The notes beneath the pieces were generated by a model. That model worked only from the letters and a program-made list of their open reading frames with translations, had not been told where the DNA came from and searched no databases. From Dudresnaya verticillata (taxonomy: Eukaryota), in the NCBI GenBank assembly GCA_977862235.1, contig OZ374557.1:4030001-4094000 (forward strand): a stretch of 64,000 nt of DNA, given 5' to 3'. Of this stretch, positions 22,735 to 33,231 are shown in pieces; position 1 is the stretch's first letter, and each line of letters starts with the position of its first letter. The position numbers and the translations under genes were made by a program.

Positions 22735-24768
22735 ATGTCAACTCACTCTCAAAGTAGTTCCCGTCGTGGTCAGAAGGCGGAGCAGACCCCATTGGTACCC
22801 CCAGTTGAGGACCTGGAGTCTTTGCTCCACCCTCCGAGAACTCCTGGAGTAGAACAAGAGGAACCGCCTGGCCAAGCATCCACCAATCCCGTAATAGGTA
22901 AACCCTTAGCCGGTCCTTCGAAAGAAGTCGCAAGGCAGCCCCCGCTACATTCCAACCGTAACCATTGGGTCAATACTGATCTGATGCCCCGTCTGATCAA
23001 CTGGCTACATGATGAGTTGACCCTTCGGTTACCTCAAACGGTTGAACCACTAGTGGGACACTTTCTAGAAGAACAAGGTCCAAGGACACTCTCGGAGTTT
23101 GCCGCCACGGCTACTGACAAGGTAGTCCAGTCATGGACCACCCAGCCGGACAGTAGCCCAATCTATGGGATACTTACCAAAATGGTTCCCCCGTTGGTCG
23201 CTCAGTCTCTCGAGGCTTATGGGCAAGCAGCGGACCCTTCAACTGGACCAAAGTCTAAACCCGCAGGGGAAACCAAAGTGGAAAATAAGGAGGATGATGT
23301 CGTCCCTCCTGGCATCGTTCTACCAACCGAAACTGGTGATACAAACAAGGAACCCGAAGGGGGTTTGTCGGACTCCGAAGGTAGTAAGAGTAACCGACAT
23401 GGATCGAAGTCCAAGAATTCTAAAAAGAAGAAGAAGAAGGACAAACGAAAGAAAAATAAGAAGAAACATCACTCATCTGAGTCTGACTCATCGTCAGTTA
23501 CCTCAGATGGTTCAAGTTCGGATGATTCATCCGATGATGACCGACGGCGCCGTCGCCGGTCGTCTAAACCTACAAAGGTCAGGAGGATTAAACCCCTCAA
23601 CGACCTATTTACCCGAGTGGTTAGCTTTCAAAGTTATCGGTTAGACAACCGCTCAAGGCTTTACTCTTCGAGAATCTCTCGGAAAGTAAATACCTACTAT
23701 AAGAGGATGGTTATTCAGATGCCACCCTCTCGATTTTCGGGTGTAGACCCGATTAACATCTTGGGTTTCCTAGCAAGGTTCAAGGATGCCTGTAACCACA
23801 ATGATATTCATGAAGGAGCTGCCGTTTGGTTACTACAATCTTTTATGGCAGGCACCGCAAGGGACAACCTTCAGGCGAGGCTACAGACGAGAACCAGTAT
23901 GGTCGTGGACTCCGAAGATGAGGGAGATTTGTTGACAACGTACCCCGAAGTGGTTAATTACCTTTTGGAAACTTATGCCACCGATGAGGTTATTGCGCTA
24001 GCCTATACTGACGTAATCTCGTTGCGACAAGCAGAAGGAAAAACGGAATGGGACTTCGCAGAGTTAGTAAGAGCCAGAGTTCGCCGTTGCGGGTCGGTGT
24101 TTACAGAACACCGCCTCAAGGCGATCTTCGTTGATGGGCTCCTCCCGAGTATCCGTGCACCGGTTCGTAACCGGTTGGCTTCTTCAAAGAGTTTGTCCTA
24201 TACGCAGATCACAAAATATGCACAAGACCTTGGGGAAACTCATAGGAATACACGTGGGACGACAAACCTAAAAGGTAAACGGGGAGTAATTCCCGTCGCC
24301 GCGGTTAGCTTCGAGAAACCACCGTCTCACTCCGTGAGTATGTCGACAGCTACCTCCGAGGGTTTACCGGGCATGGAAGACAGTCATGAAGAGGAGATTT
24401 CCCAACTCGGTGAAGACTTATCCAACCAGTCTATGACACCCCCGTCTTCTATAACCACAGTGGGATCCCGAGAAGGTGCGCCGATACGGGCATGTTGGAT
24501 CTTTGCTAACCCAGACCATATGGCACATGAATGTCCATTGGTAACCCCCGCGGTTCGCGCTGGCATAATCGCTTCCAGAAGGCAAAACCTCTATGGTTTA
24601 GCTAGAGCCCGAGCCATGCAAGGTAATCGACAAGGTAACCCCGTGGCTTCCTCCTCAACAGGCCATCCGGGCCCCACCCAGGCTAGACGCACGGGATCAC
24701 CCTCAGTGGAGCCCTCAAAGGCCGCTCAAGGAGTTTCCACTGCGGAAAACGTGGAGGAGGAGGCATAA
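22735..24768 (+). CDS. gag: Gag polyprotein of D (677 aa, open)
   Basis: FSGVDPINILGFLARFKDAC capsid-like region, Lys/Ser-rich tract, degenerate knuckle CWIFANPDHMAHEC. Confidence 0.88.
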   Translation: MSTHSQSSSRRGQKAEQTPLVPPVEDLESLLHPPRTPGVEQEEPPGQASTNPVIGKPLAGPSKEVARQPPLHSNRNHWVNTDLMPRLINWLHDELTLRLPQTVEPLVGHFLEEQGPRTLSEFAATATDKVVQSWTTQPDSSPIYGILTKMVPPLVAQSLEAYGQAADPSTGPKSKPAGETKVENKEDDVVPPGIVLPTETGDTNKEPEGGLSDSEGSKSNRHGSKSKNSKKKKKKDKRKKNKKKHHSSESDSSSVTSDGSSSDDSSDDDRRRRRRSSKPTKVRRIKPLNDLFTRVVSFQSYRLDNRSRLYSSRISRKVNTYYKRMVIQMPPSRFSGVDPINILGFLARFKDACNHNDIHEGAAVWLLQSFMAGTARDNLQARLQTRTSMVVDSEDEGDLLTTYPEVVNYLLETYATDEVIALAYTDVISLRQAEGKTEWDFAELVRARVRRCGSVFTEHRLKAIFVDGLLPSIRAPVRNRLASSKSLSYTQITKYAQDLGETHRNTRGTTNLKGKRGVIPVAAVSFEKPPSHSVSMSTATSEGLPGMEDSHEEEISQLGEDLSNQSMTPPSSITTVGSREGAPIRACWIFANPDHMAHECPLVTPAVRAGIIASRRQNLYGLARARAMQGNRQGNPVASSSTGHPGPTQARRTGSPSVEPSKAAQGVSTAENVEEEA

Positions 24769-27700
24769 CGACGCATGCCCCCTCCCCAAATATGCGCCTT
24801 CCAGAACCTGTGTTACGACCCGATATCGTGGATAACCTGGAGGGTGATGACTATGATGAAGTACGTTTACTTAAGAAGCAAAACTACAAAGTGGATCTAT
24901 CGTTAGGGGTCTGGTCATCTCAGATGATATCCGCAAGGGGCGTGATTGATTCTGGCGCCGGACCCAATCTGGTTCATGTTAAAATGTTACCTAATGGTTG
25001 GGAAAAGCGAGCCAAACCCTATAAGGAAACCACGCGTAGCATCGTCGACGCTTCTAATAATCGAATATTACCTCTAGGAGTCATCCCCTTATATATCCGT
25101 GTCGGTAATCTCTATACGAAGACCCATTTTCTGGTTGTTACTAATATGCCTGCCGAGGTTATACTTGGAACAGCCTTCATCGATCGACATGTCACAGCCA
25201 TCATGCCGGGACCCCGAAGGTTACTCTTGAAGGATGCCCCAGCAGTACCTATCCTTGGTGTTTCCATGGGAGGGGTTACTGTTCCCGACGCTACACAACC
25301 AACGGTTTCTACCAAAGTGAGAATAGCCAAAGACTGGGTTATACCTCCTAGGTCACGTTCGTTCGTGCCGGTGAGAACCAGCGCCTCTGGATTATGCCTG
25401 GTTCATAATACCCCGCGGACACTACACAAGTCGTTAACCATTATGGCAAACGGGATCAGGGATGTTCTTCCTATGGAAGTTTTTCCTGTGCTAATGACCA
25501 ATTTTGGTGATCGCCCTGCTCGCTTGAAAAAGACTCAAGTAGTAGGCCATGCGTTACCAAGACCGGATCAGGTTTTGAGTATTGGAACTCTACTAGAAGA
25601 TCCCCGGTCGGATACCCAGGAGGAGAAGCCAAAAGCGGAACCCAGTTGGGAAGACACTGTCCATATAGGTGTCGAAGACAGTGCCACTCGATCCCAAATC
25701 ATGGAAATGCTTCAAGAGTATCAAGAAATGTGGTCAGGCCAACTGGGCACCATTAAGGCTACTCAGCACAGGATTGAGTTCATGGAGGGGGGAAACCCCA
25801 TATATCAACACCCTTATAGGGCCGGCCCTAAAGCTCTAGAAGCCGAAAAGGCGGAAGTACAACGAATGTTACGCGAAGGCGTTATTGAACCCTCTGGGGC
25901 AGAATGTGCCAGTCCTGTGGCCCTGGTGTCCAAACCTGATGGGTCTTTGCGTTTTTGCGTCGACTATCGCCGACTTAATAGTATTACTCGGAGATATTCA
26001 TATCCGTTACCTCGAATGGATGAATGTATTGACTCACTGGGAGATGCTAAGGTATTTACGACGCTCGACTGTAATAGTGGCTATTGGCAAGTTGAAGTCG
26101 ATCCCGACGATCGCGATAAGACGACGTTCACCTGTCAAGAAGGGTTATACCGTTTTATCAGGATGCCGTTTGGTCTCAAGAATGCGCCCGCCACATTCCA
26201 ACGAGCAGTTGACATTATACTGTCCCGATGCAAGTGGCAATACGCTTTGGTTTATCTCGACGACGTTATCGTTTACGCTCGGAGTATTAAGGACCACTTC
26301 CACCATTTGGGTACTGTGCTCGGTCTACTAAGAACCTCCGGGGTTTCTCTTAAGTTGTCTAAGTGCAAGTTCTTCGAAGCTTCCGTCGATTACCTCGGCC
26401 ATGTCATACGTCCCGGAAAGCTTGAGGTAGCCGCTGAGAACGTTACCGCACTACGACAGGCTAAACCTCCCACGGATCAAACCGAGTTAAGGTAATTTCT
26501 TGGGGTATGTAACGTCTATCGACGTTTCGTCCCCAATTATGCACGGATTGCGTCTCCCCTCTCCAGGAAACTTCGAAAGAATCAACCCTTCACTTTTGAG
26601 TCACTTAAAGAGGATGAGTGCGACGCCTTCGACGAACTCAGGCGCCGTCTTTTAACGGCACCCATATTGGCTTTACCTTGGAAGGGATTCCGCTATTATG
26701 TTGATACCGATGCGTGAGACCTTCAGGTTGGCTGTTGCTTACTTCAAGAAACCGAACAAGGGGATAAGCTGCCTATTGGTTATTGGATTCGCACACTTAA
26801 TTCCGCAGAGCGTAACTATTCGGCAACCGAACGGGAATGTCTCGCCGTCGTATGGAGTCTTTTAACCCTCAGACCTTACCTTGAAGGTGACTGCTTTATG
26901 GTTAGAACCGACCACGAGCCCCTTCAGTGGTTGTTAAACCTCTCGGATACATCGGGTCGCCTTGCCCGTTGGCGCCTAAGACTCTCGGTGTTCGACTTTC
27001 TAGTCACCTACAATCCTGGAAGGGAACATCATTTGGCTGACACCATGTCACGGCTTTCGACTACAGGGAGTGACCAAACGCCATTAGACGATGACATCCC
27101 CTTTTTTACCCTCGCGGTTGAAATTAGCGCCCCGCGTCAGCTCCGTTTACCTACCGCCGTGACTTGGCAAACCAAAAAGGTTTACCCCGCCAAGTTAGTA
27201 AGCAAGAACTCCTCGAGGCACAATCAAAGGATGCGTATTGTCAACAGATGGCTCACCAAGTTGGTATCGCTGGATCCCAATTCCAGTGGGACCATAATGG
27301 TTTTTAATCCGCCAAGCGACACTCGATGGAGCACTCCAGATAGTGGTGCCAAAGTCCCTGCCTCCCCGCATACTATAGTTAGCCCACTATCCTCTCCTTT
27401 CTGGACACCCTGGTGGTTCAAGAATTTATTACACCCTCCGGCGACAGTTTTATTGGCCGTATTTGGCTAATGACGCATATGCCGTAGTGGGTGACTGTAA
27501 TAAGTGTGTCCAAAATCGGGGTACCTTACGGAGACATCAGAACTACCTTAAGTTATTTCCAGCCGCTGGCCCACTGGAATTCCTGGCTATGGACCTCGCG
27601 GGTCCGTTTCCCAAAACCGAGCACGGCAACCGTTTCGTCTTGGTTATTACCGATCGGTTTTCTAATCTCACACGCGCCATACCTCTACGGAATACCAATG

Positions 27701-28788
27701 CCCGCACGGTTGCACAAGTTTTTCTGGACCACTGGGTCTACCCCTACAGTGTTCCGTTATATGTCCTTTCCGATAGTGGTCCACAATTCGTGTCAAAGTT
27801 CTTCGCTACGATATGCCAAACACTGGGGTTACGTCAGTTATTTACAACCGCTTACCACCCCCAGACCAATGGTCAGGTCGAACGGTTCAACAAAACCCTT
27901 GTCCAGCGGTTACGTCATTACGTAGCGGATCATCAACATGACTGGGATAGTTACATACATCCGCTCACCTATGCGTATAACCTTCAGGTTCACCGCTCTA
28001 CGGGTACTTCGCCCTTTGATCTCGTCCTATCCCGGCCACCTTCGGATATACCTCTACAGGGTTCTCCCACAACGGGTTTCACCAATCAGTTGGATTCTCA
28101 ACTCACCGCTGCTGCTGTTAAGCGTTTAACCATTCCGAAACTTCAACAGGCTATTGCTACCGCTAAGGGCACCCTGACGGCTGCCCAACAACGTTACAAA
28201 TCTGTCTTCGACACCTCCGTGGCACGGCCCTTTTCGGTTACTGTTAGTGATTGGGTCTATCTCGATCGCCCTAAGTTCACTAAACACCAAGTTGGTGAAC
28301 AACAGGCTTCTCTCGTCGACCCCGCCGAGGAACAGAACCTTTCTATGAAACGTTTCCGCAAAGCGACTGGATCCTTTTTGGTTACAGCCATTCATGCCAA
28401 CCATACGGTCACGATTAAGCAATATGGGCTTTCTAATACCGTTTCGCAAGACCGCATTTCGGTTGACCCTCATCGTAGTCCCTGAACCCCCCTGGACGAC
28501 CCTGAGGTTACTCAGGATCCCCCATCGGCTCCTCCGCCGCCTACGAAGCCAACCCACTCGGATTACTATACAGTTGATCATTTGGTTAAGCACCGTGTCA
28601 CCGACAGTGGGTACCAATATAAGGTTCGCTGGTATGGTTACGCCCCAACGACGATACTTGGGAGCCACCCGCGCACATCCCTCACAATTTTGTGTTACGC
28701 TACTGGCGCCGGCTTGACCAGATGCCACCGCCTGGAGCTGGGGGGCCTACGCCTCATGGATTTTCGCGGACTCCAAAGTATCTCGTGA
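24744..28788 (+). pseudogene. pol: pol of D (PR, dUTPase-like, RT, RH, IN, chromodomain), several stops and frameshifts
   Basis: VIDSGAGPNLV, VYLDDVIV, RLARWRLRL, MDLAGP/SDSGPQF/TNGQVERFN and YKVRWYGY. Premature stop at 26493-26495. Confidence 0.93.
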
Positions 28789-29293
28789 AACGTCACTCAG
28801 AGAGTTAGCGCCACCCAATCAAAAGGCCTCGCGACGGTGTTATCTCATAGAGTCAAAATAAACCGGCACCAGGTCGCTCTCTCTTCACTTTTTCTATTTA
28901 TTTTACGCTACTTACCTACAGTACTACTGTACTCTCACAGAAACCAAGACAAAGGAGAACCACCCAGGGAGATACAACACAAGACACAAGATGTTTATTG
29001 GACACTCTTCAGATCACCCTTGAGGCTCATCTAATAAGAAGACCTACTGTTAACGGGAACGCTTCTCAGCCGACTCCTCGACGTCACCCGAACTTGAAGA
29101 CGCACGGCGACGGGGTTAGAAAGGAGACGCCCGACGAGCCACCGCGGGAATAGTAACTCTAGGAGTCGCCTCGCGCAGCGCCGCCCGACTCACTGTCTCC
29201 ACGGAGAAGCCACACTGGTAGCGACCCCGGTAGAAAGGGGCTGCGTTACCTGATAGGTGGAAGAGCCAGCTGGAGTCTCCTTGGACAGCTCCC

Positions 29294-31377
29294 TCACAAA
29301 CACGTTCGTAATGTCCTCAGGGGCAGCGGATTGCTGCTCAGCTCTCTGAGTCGGCCCGGCGATGCCAGAGCCAAAGGGTCACCCGATTGGTAGTTCACTA
29401 CTTGGGTAAGTGAGCCGGCCGCCCCACGGGCTAGAGCCATCGGCTGGAGATCGCTCTTGCGCAATACCTCTCGGGTGAACTTGTTGCAGGAAGTAACAAA
29501 ACTCGTGGCGCTCTGCGGCATCGCAGCCACCATACTCGAAAGAGACGCCCTGAGGGTTGTTACTTCGGTTCCCAAACGGTCCATTGTCGCCATATGGGTA
29601 CCCAGCTGGTTCACTTGGAAGTTCCCACTCTGGACCACCTCCCGGAGTAACCATGTCAGCAGTGCCTCCTTCGACACTCACTCCCGAGCGGCGTCCAGAG
29701 CATCCTCTAAGGTAGCCGGTACCGGGAGTTTCGCAACGCGACATGCCTCTTGAAGTCGTCCAACCCGAAGGTGAACTGAGGCAGGTAGAGTCGATGCGGA
29801 TGGGACCGTCTCTGTACCCGAGGGACCACTCGGTGAAAAACATGGGTTAGCTCGACGAGTCGCAGCCATAGGAGTTACCATCGGGGGTACGCCAGTTGAG
29901 GTTGCCCGCGCGGGTGTCGCCGGACGCGCCTCACGCATTTGCGTTACTGTCTCCGGTGCCGCTTGTGGTTCCGGTGTCCCTGGACGCGCCCAATACCCCG
30001 ACGCGCGGTCCTCGCTCGAGTCACACGCACTGGAGCCTCGCGCGTCCTGTCGGGGTAACCACTATTGGTTGGCGCCACCTCTTCTTCCCCTACTTGGTTT
30101 CTATCAGAGCTCGGCTCCATGTTGCCCCAGCCACGACCGGTACCCTCTGCCTCCCTAAAGGAGTAGAGCGGCGGACCAGGACGGTTATCGACGATGTGTC
30201 GCCTACCAAATCGGCCCACCGCTTCGGAAACCTCTGGGTTATACGCGATCCAGACTTCGCCGGCAGCCCACTTGAAGGTCTCCGAGGCGGTTATAAGTCC
30301 CGCCAAGTCGTCACCCGCAAAGGCACTACCCCCACAAATGAGGTCAACACCAAGGGTGCGGATGGACTCGATGAGTGTCTTGGATAAGCGAAAGAGGCAA
30401 CCATCCGGTAGACCATCTTGGGCATGGTAACCATCTTCGGTATAGGGCGTTGAGTCCCACATACCAAAATAGGCTGCCTCAAGAAAGGCAAGCGCTACAT
30501 GGAGTACCTGCTCGGTTTTGGCGATCGACCACACTGGGTAATACCACTTCGCCGCGGAGTCACGCGCATGGGCGCTGAAGTACGCCAGCACTCCCGGAGT
30601 TAACGACGGCAAGGGGCGCGGACCTTCGATGGCGTGCCACCAGCTGGGTTTCTTCACGTAGTGATCACGACACCGACCCATGGGGATACTCCACATTTCG
30701 ACATTGTGAAACCCCGCTAGGAGACCCTCAGTACGGTTGCGAATGCGGGTCTCCGCCCAAATATCCACCGCCCACCGCTCAGTTAACCACCACAGGTCGG
30801 GAAAAGGCCTCGGCTCCATGAACAACTCCGGAAGTAACTTGATTTCGTTCACCCATTGGTTTCCATTAAGGAAGTGGTAGAGCAAGGGGACGAAGTCTTC
30901 TTCGAACCCAACTCGTAACCATTTGAGGTCACTACGGTATTGACCCGGAATCAAGACGCCCGGCGGGCAGTGACGCAAACGCGCAACCCACTGGTTCTCT
31001 CCCGTACCTTCGGGGATCGACCGGAACCGGTAGGTGTCTGGATTGGTGCCTACGAGGTAGCCTTGAAGTGGAAACTGCTCGAGCACCTCCTGATTGGAAA
31101 AGGCCGACAACCCTCCGCGGCCACCTATGGGGGAAGACTGTGCCATCGCGGCGTAGTAACCTCCGCGGCGTACGCAAGGCGTGACTGGAAAGACAACGTC
31201 AGGGTTGGAGAGACGAAGGCGACGGGGTGGCAAGTGGCGTGGTGTTGGTTGCGATTGACGTGGAACCATGTTGGAAGAACCTTTGAGGTGATGATGCAGC
31301 GGAAGAGAAGTACTGCTGCGCTCGGGATCGATTGCGTGCCGACGGCGGTCATGGGCGTTGAGCCGTCTGGATACCAA
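29294..31377 (-). CDS. Antisense extra ORF of D, unknown protein (477 aa open at 29944-31377, probable broken continuation to 29294)
   Basis: Long Trp/aromatic-rich, globular-looking ORF between the chromodomain and the PPT. Downstream fragments 29678-29938 and 29294-29677 share one frame. Confidence 0.65.
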
Positions 31378-31443
31378 ACGGTTATGATTTCGCGCGAAAC
31401 ACGTGCAGACTGCCCTGGCGTCCCGAGGACGGGCCGCAATCTC

Positions 31444-31451
31444 GGGAGGAG
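31444..31451 (+). promoter_or_regulatory. Polypurine tract of D
   Basis: GGGAGGAG, 3 nt before the 3' LTR. Confidence 0.7.
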
Positions 31452-31454
31452 CTC

Positions 31455-31961
31455 TGTAATACAGTGAAGGGCTTACAGAATTGGGCCCTCTGCCCTCGTG
31501 TATGCGCTGAAATAGCGTTAACTATGGGGCGCCAACAGGGACAGGACGGGTAGTCTACGATTGGTCCAAGTGTCACCCTGTAGGTCAGTAGCTTAGTATC
31601 TGTCTATTTATTTTAGAAATTATAGCTTAGGATAGGGGGCGTGTATGAGGGGTGCTGCCTGATAGTCGAAGTACCATATAAGGGTATCTCCCGTAGAGGT
31701 CACTGCACAGCAAAGGGAAGCACCTCCCGGCCCCAACTACGTCTCCAAGCTATCGGCACCGCAGCACACCTGTCTCCCGTGCCCGGTTAACCGCCCGCCC
31801 AGTGAACTACCTTCAGTATCGTGCTTCCAATCAGGATACGTGCCCTCGTCTACCCTCTGGGTTCCTCCCGCTCTACCACCGCTACCAGGTACCCGCTTCG
31901 TCGCTTTCTCATTGAGTGCACTCTTTGAGTTCACAAGAGACCTAAAAGGCACTTCCTTACA
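31455..31961 (+). repeat. 3' LTR of D (507 bp)
   Basis: Direct repeat of 22102-22619 with scattered substitutions and a 12-bp deletion. Confidence 0.95.
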
Positions 31962-32209
31962 GTAACGGGAAGCGGCCCTCTCAACGGTTCAATGCCGGAG
32001 AGCGTCACTGGGGCGCGCCGTGTGCGGCACGAGGCGCGGCCGCTGCCGGCAGCAATGCGGTCGACTGCTACTAAAATCAACGAAAAAACTAAGGGCACGC
32101 TGCCCAATCACGACTCGCCAGCGGGCGTCATCGTGCGCACCATTACAGTGCGGAGCTGTCAAGTATGCCTTACAGCCGCTACTGATGGTGTGCTGACAGC
32201 TATACTACA
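31962..32209 (-). repeat. 5' fragment of an LTR from the same family as solo LTR 2887-3661
   Basis: Reverse complement of ~2887-3131, ending in the terminus CTATACTACA. Cut by the D 3' LTR. Confidence 0.9.
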
Positions 32210-32321
32210 CGAATCATTTGAGTACGAACCGTCTCCCGTGTTGACGTGCACTCGTGCTCACGTAGTAGTACTTAGCCAGACGCCTGGCACGACCTCCGAG
32301 GGTTTCCGGTAAGCCACTAGC

Positions 32322-33163
32322 TGTGGCATAGCTGTAAGACCAGCTGTGCCACGCACGCGCAGCTGTAAGACCAGCTGCGCCACGTGTGCACCGCTGTGTG
32401 CACGCTGTCAGCCGGTGGCGCCGAAGCTCCGCTGAACTGTAAGGAAGTGCGCTGTGGCGCCCGCACGTACACGTGTACCCGTGTGACACTGAAACTCCCA
32501 TGTAATTTCTGCGTTTATTTTTGTGTAGTGTACAGCACTGTCTAATGTAAGCGGCGGTCGAACGCCCTGCTGTCCCGCGCGCCGTGCGCACGCACTCCGG
32601 TGTCGAGCCGTTGAGTGCGTGACCCGCGCGCGCGTACTCCGGCGTCGAGCCGTTGAGTACGTGTGGACCGTTCTGCCCACGCGCGCCCCGGGTTACGTTA
32701 CCGTTACCCGTACCCGTCGACGCGTGTCGGGGCGCGCCGGCGCACCTCCCGGGTTGGTGCCGCCGCAATCCCTGTAGTCTATTTAGTAGTCGCACCTCTG
32801 GGCTCGAGTAAACAAGGCAAGCCAGCCTACGCCAGGCTTTCCCCTTTCTGCTTTGGGTTCCTTTCCCAGTCTTTCCCCCTACGGCTTCTTTCTCTCCCTA
32901 GGCGCCTAGGCTTTCCTTTTCCGTTCCCTACCGTCGGCTTCGTGCCGCCCCACGATGGGGACGCAGGGATCCGGCCGCTACCGCCCGCGTACGGTCCGCC
33001 CCGTGCGCGCTCAGGCTTCGACGCCGTTGATCCGCGACCGTCGACGGCGCGCGCGGCCGACACCACCGCTCTACCACCTACCGCTACCACCCTTCGACGG
33101 ATCTGGGTGCGACAACGAGACCAGCTGCGCTAGACTTCAGTTCGACCTGACGTCTATGCCACA
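32322..33163 (+). repeat. 5' LTR of E (842 bp)
   Basis: TGTGGCATAG...CTATGCCACA perfect inverted termini. Starts with a ~29-bp tandem repeat (AGCTGTAAGACCAGCTG core). Confidence 0.92.
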
Positions 33164-33164
33164 C

Positions 33165-33182
33165 TGGTCTCCCGACCTAGAA
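33165..33182 (+). promoter_or_regulatory. Primer-binding site of E
   Basis: TGGTCTCCCGACCTAGAA. Confidence 0.92.
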
Positions 33183-33231
33183 GTCGCAGAAGACCCTATC
33201 ACCTCTCGCGTCGACGCGATCGAGGCCAAGA

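Larger units (their letters stand above)
22102..31961 (+). mobile_element. Element D: full-length Ty3/Gypsy chromodomain retrotransposon with antisense extra ORF (pol decayed)
   Basis: LTRs 22102-22619 and 31455-31961 (TGTAA...TTACA), PBS, gag, pol and PPT. Flanks TACGG / GTAAC do not match. Confidence 0.95.

Noticed and set aside
25314..25560. Functional dUTPase gene
   Set aside because: Catalytic motifs II, III and V are not recognisable. Only a fold-level resemblance is proposed.
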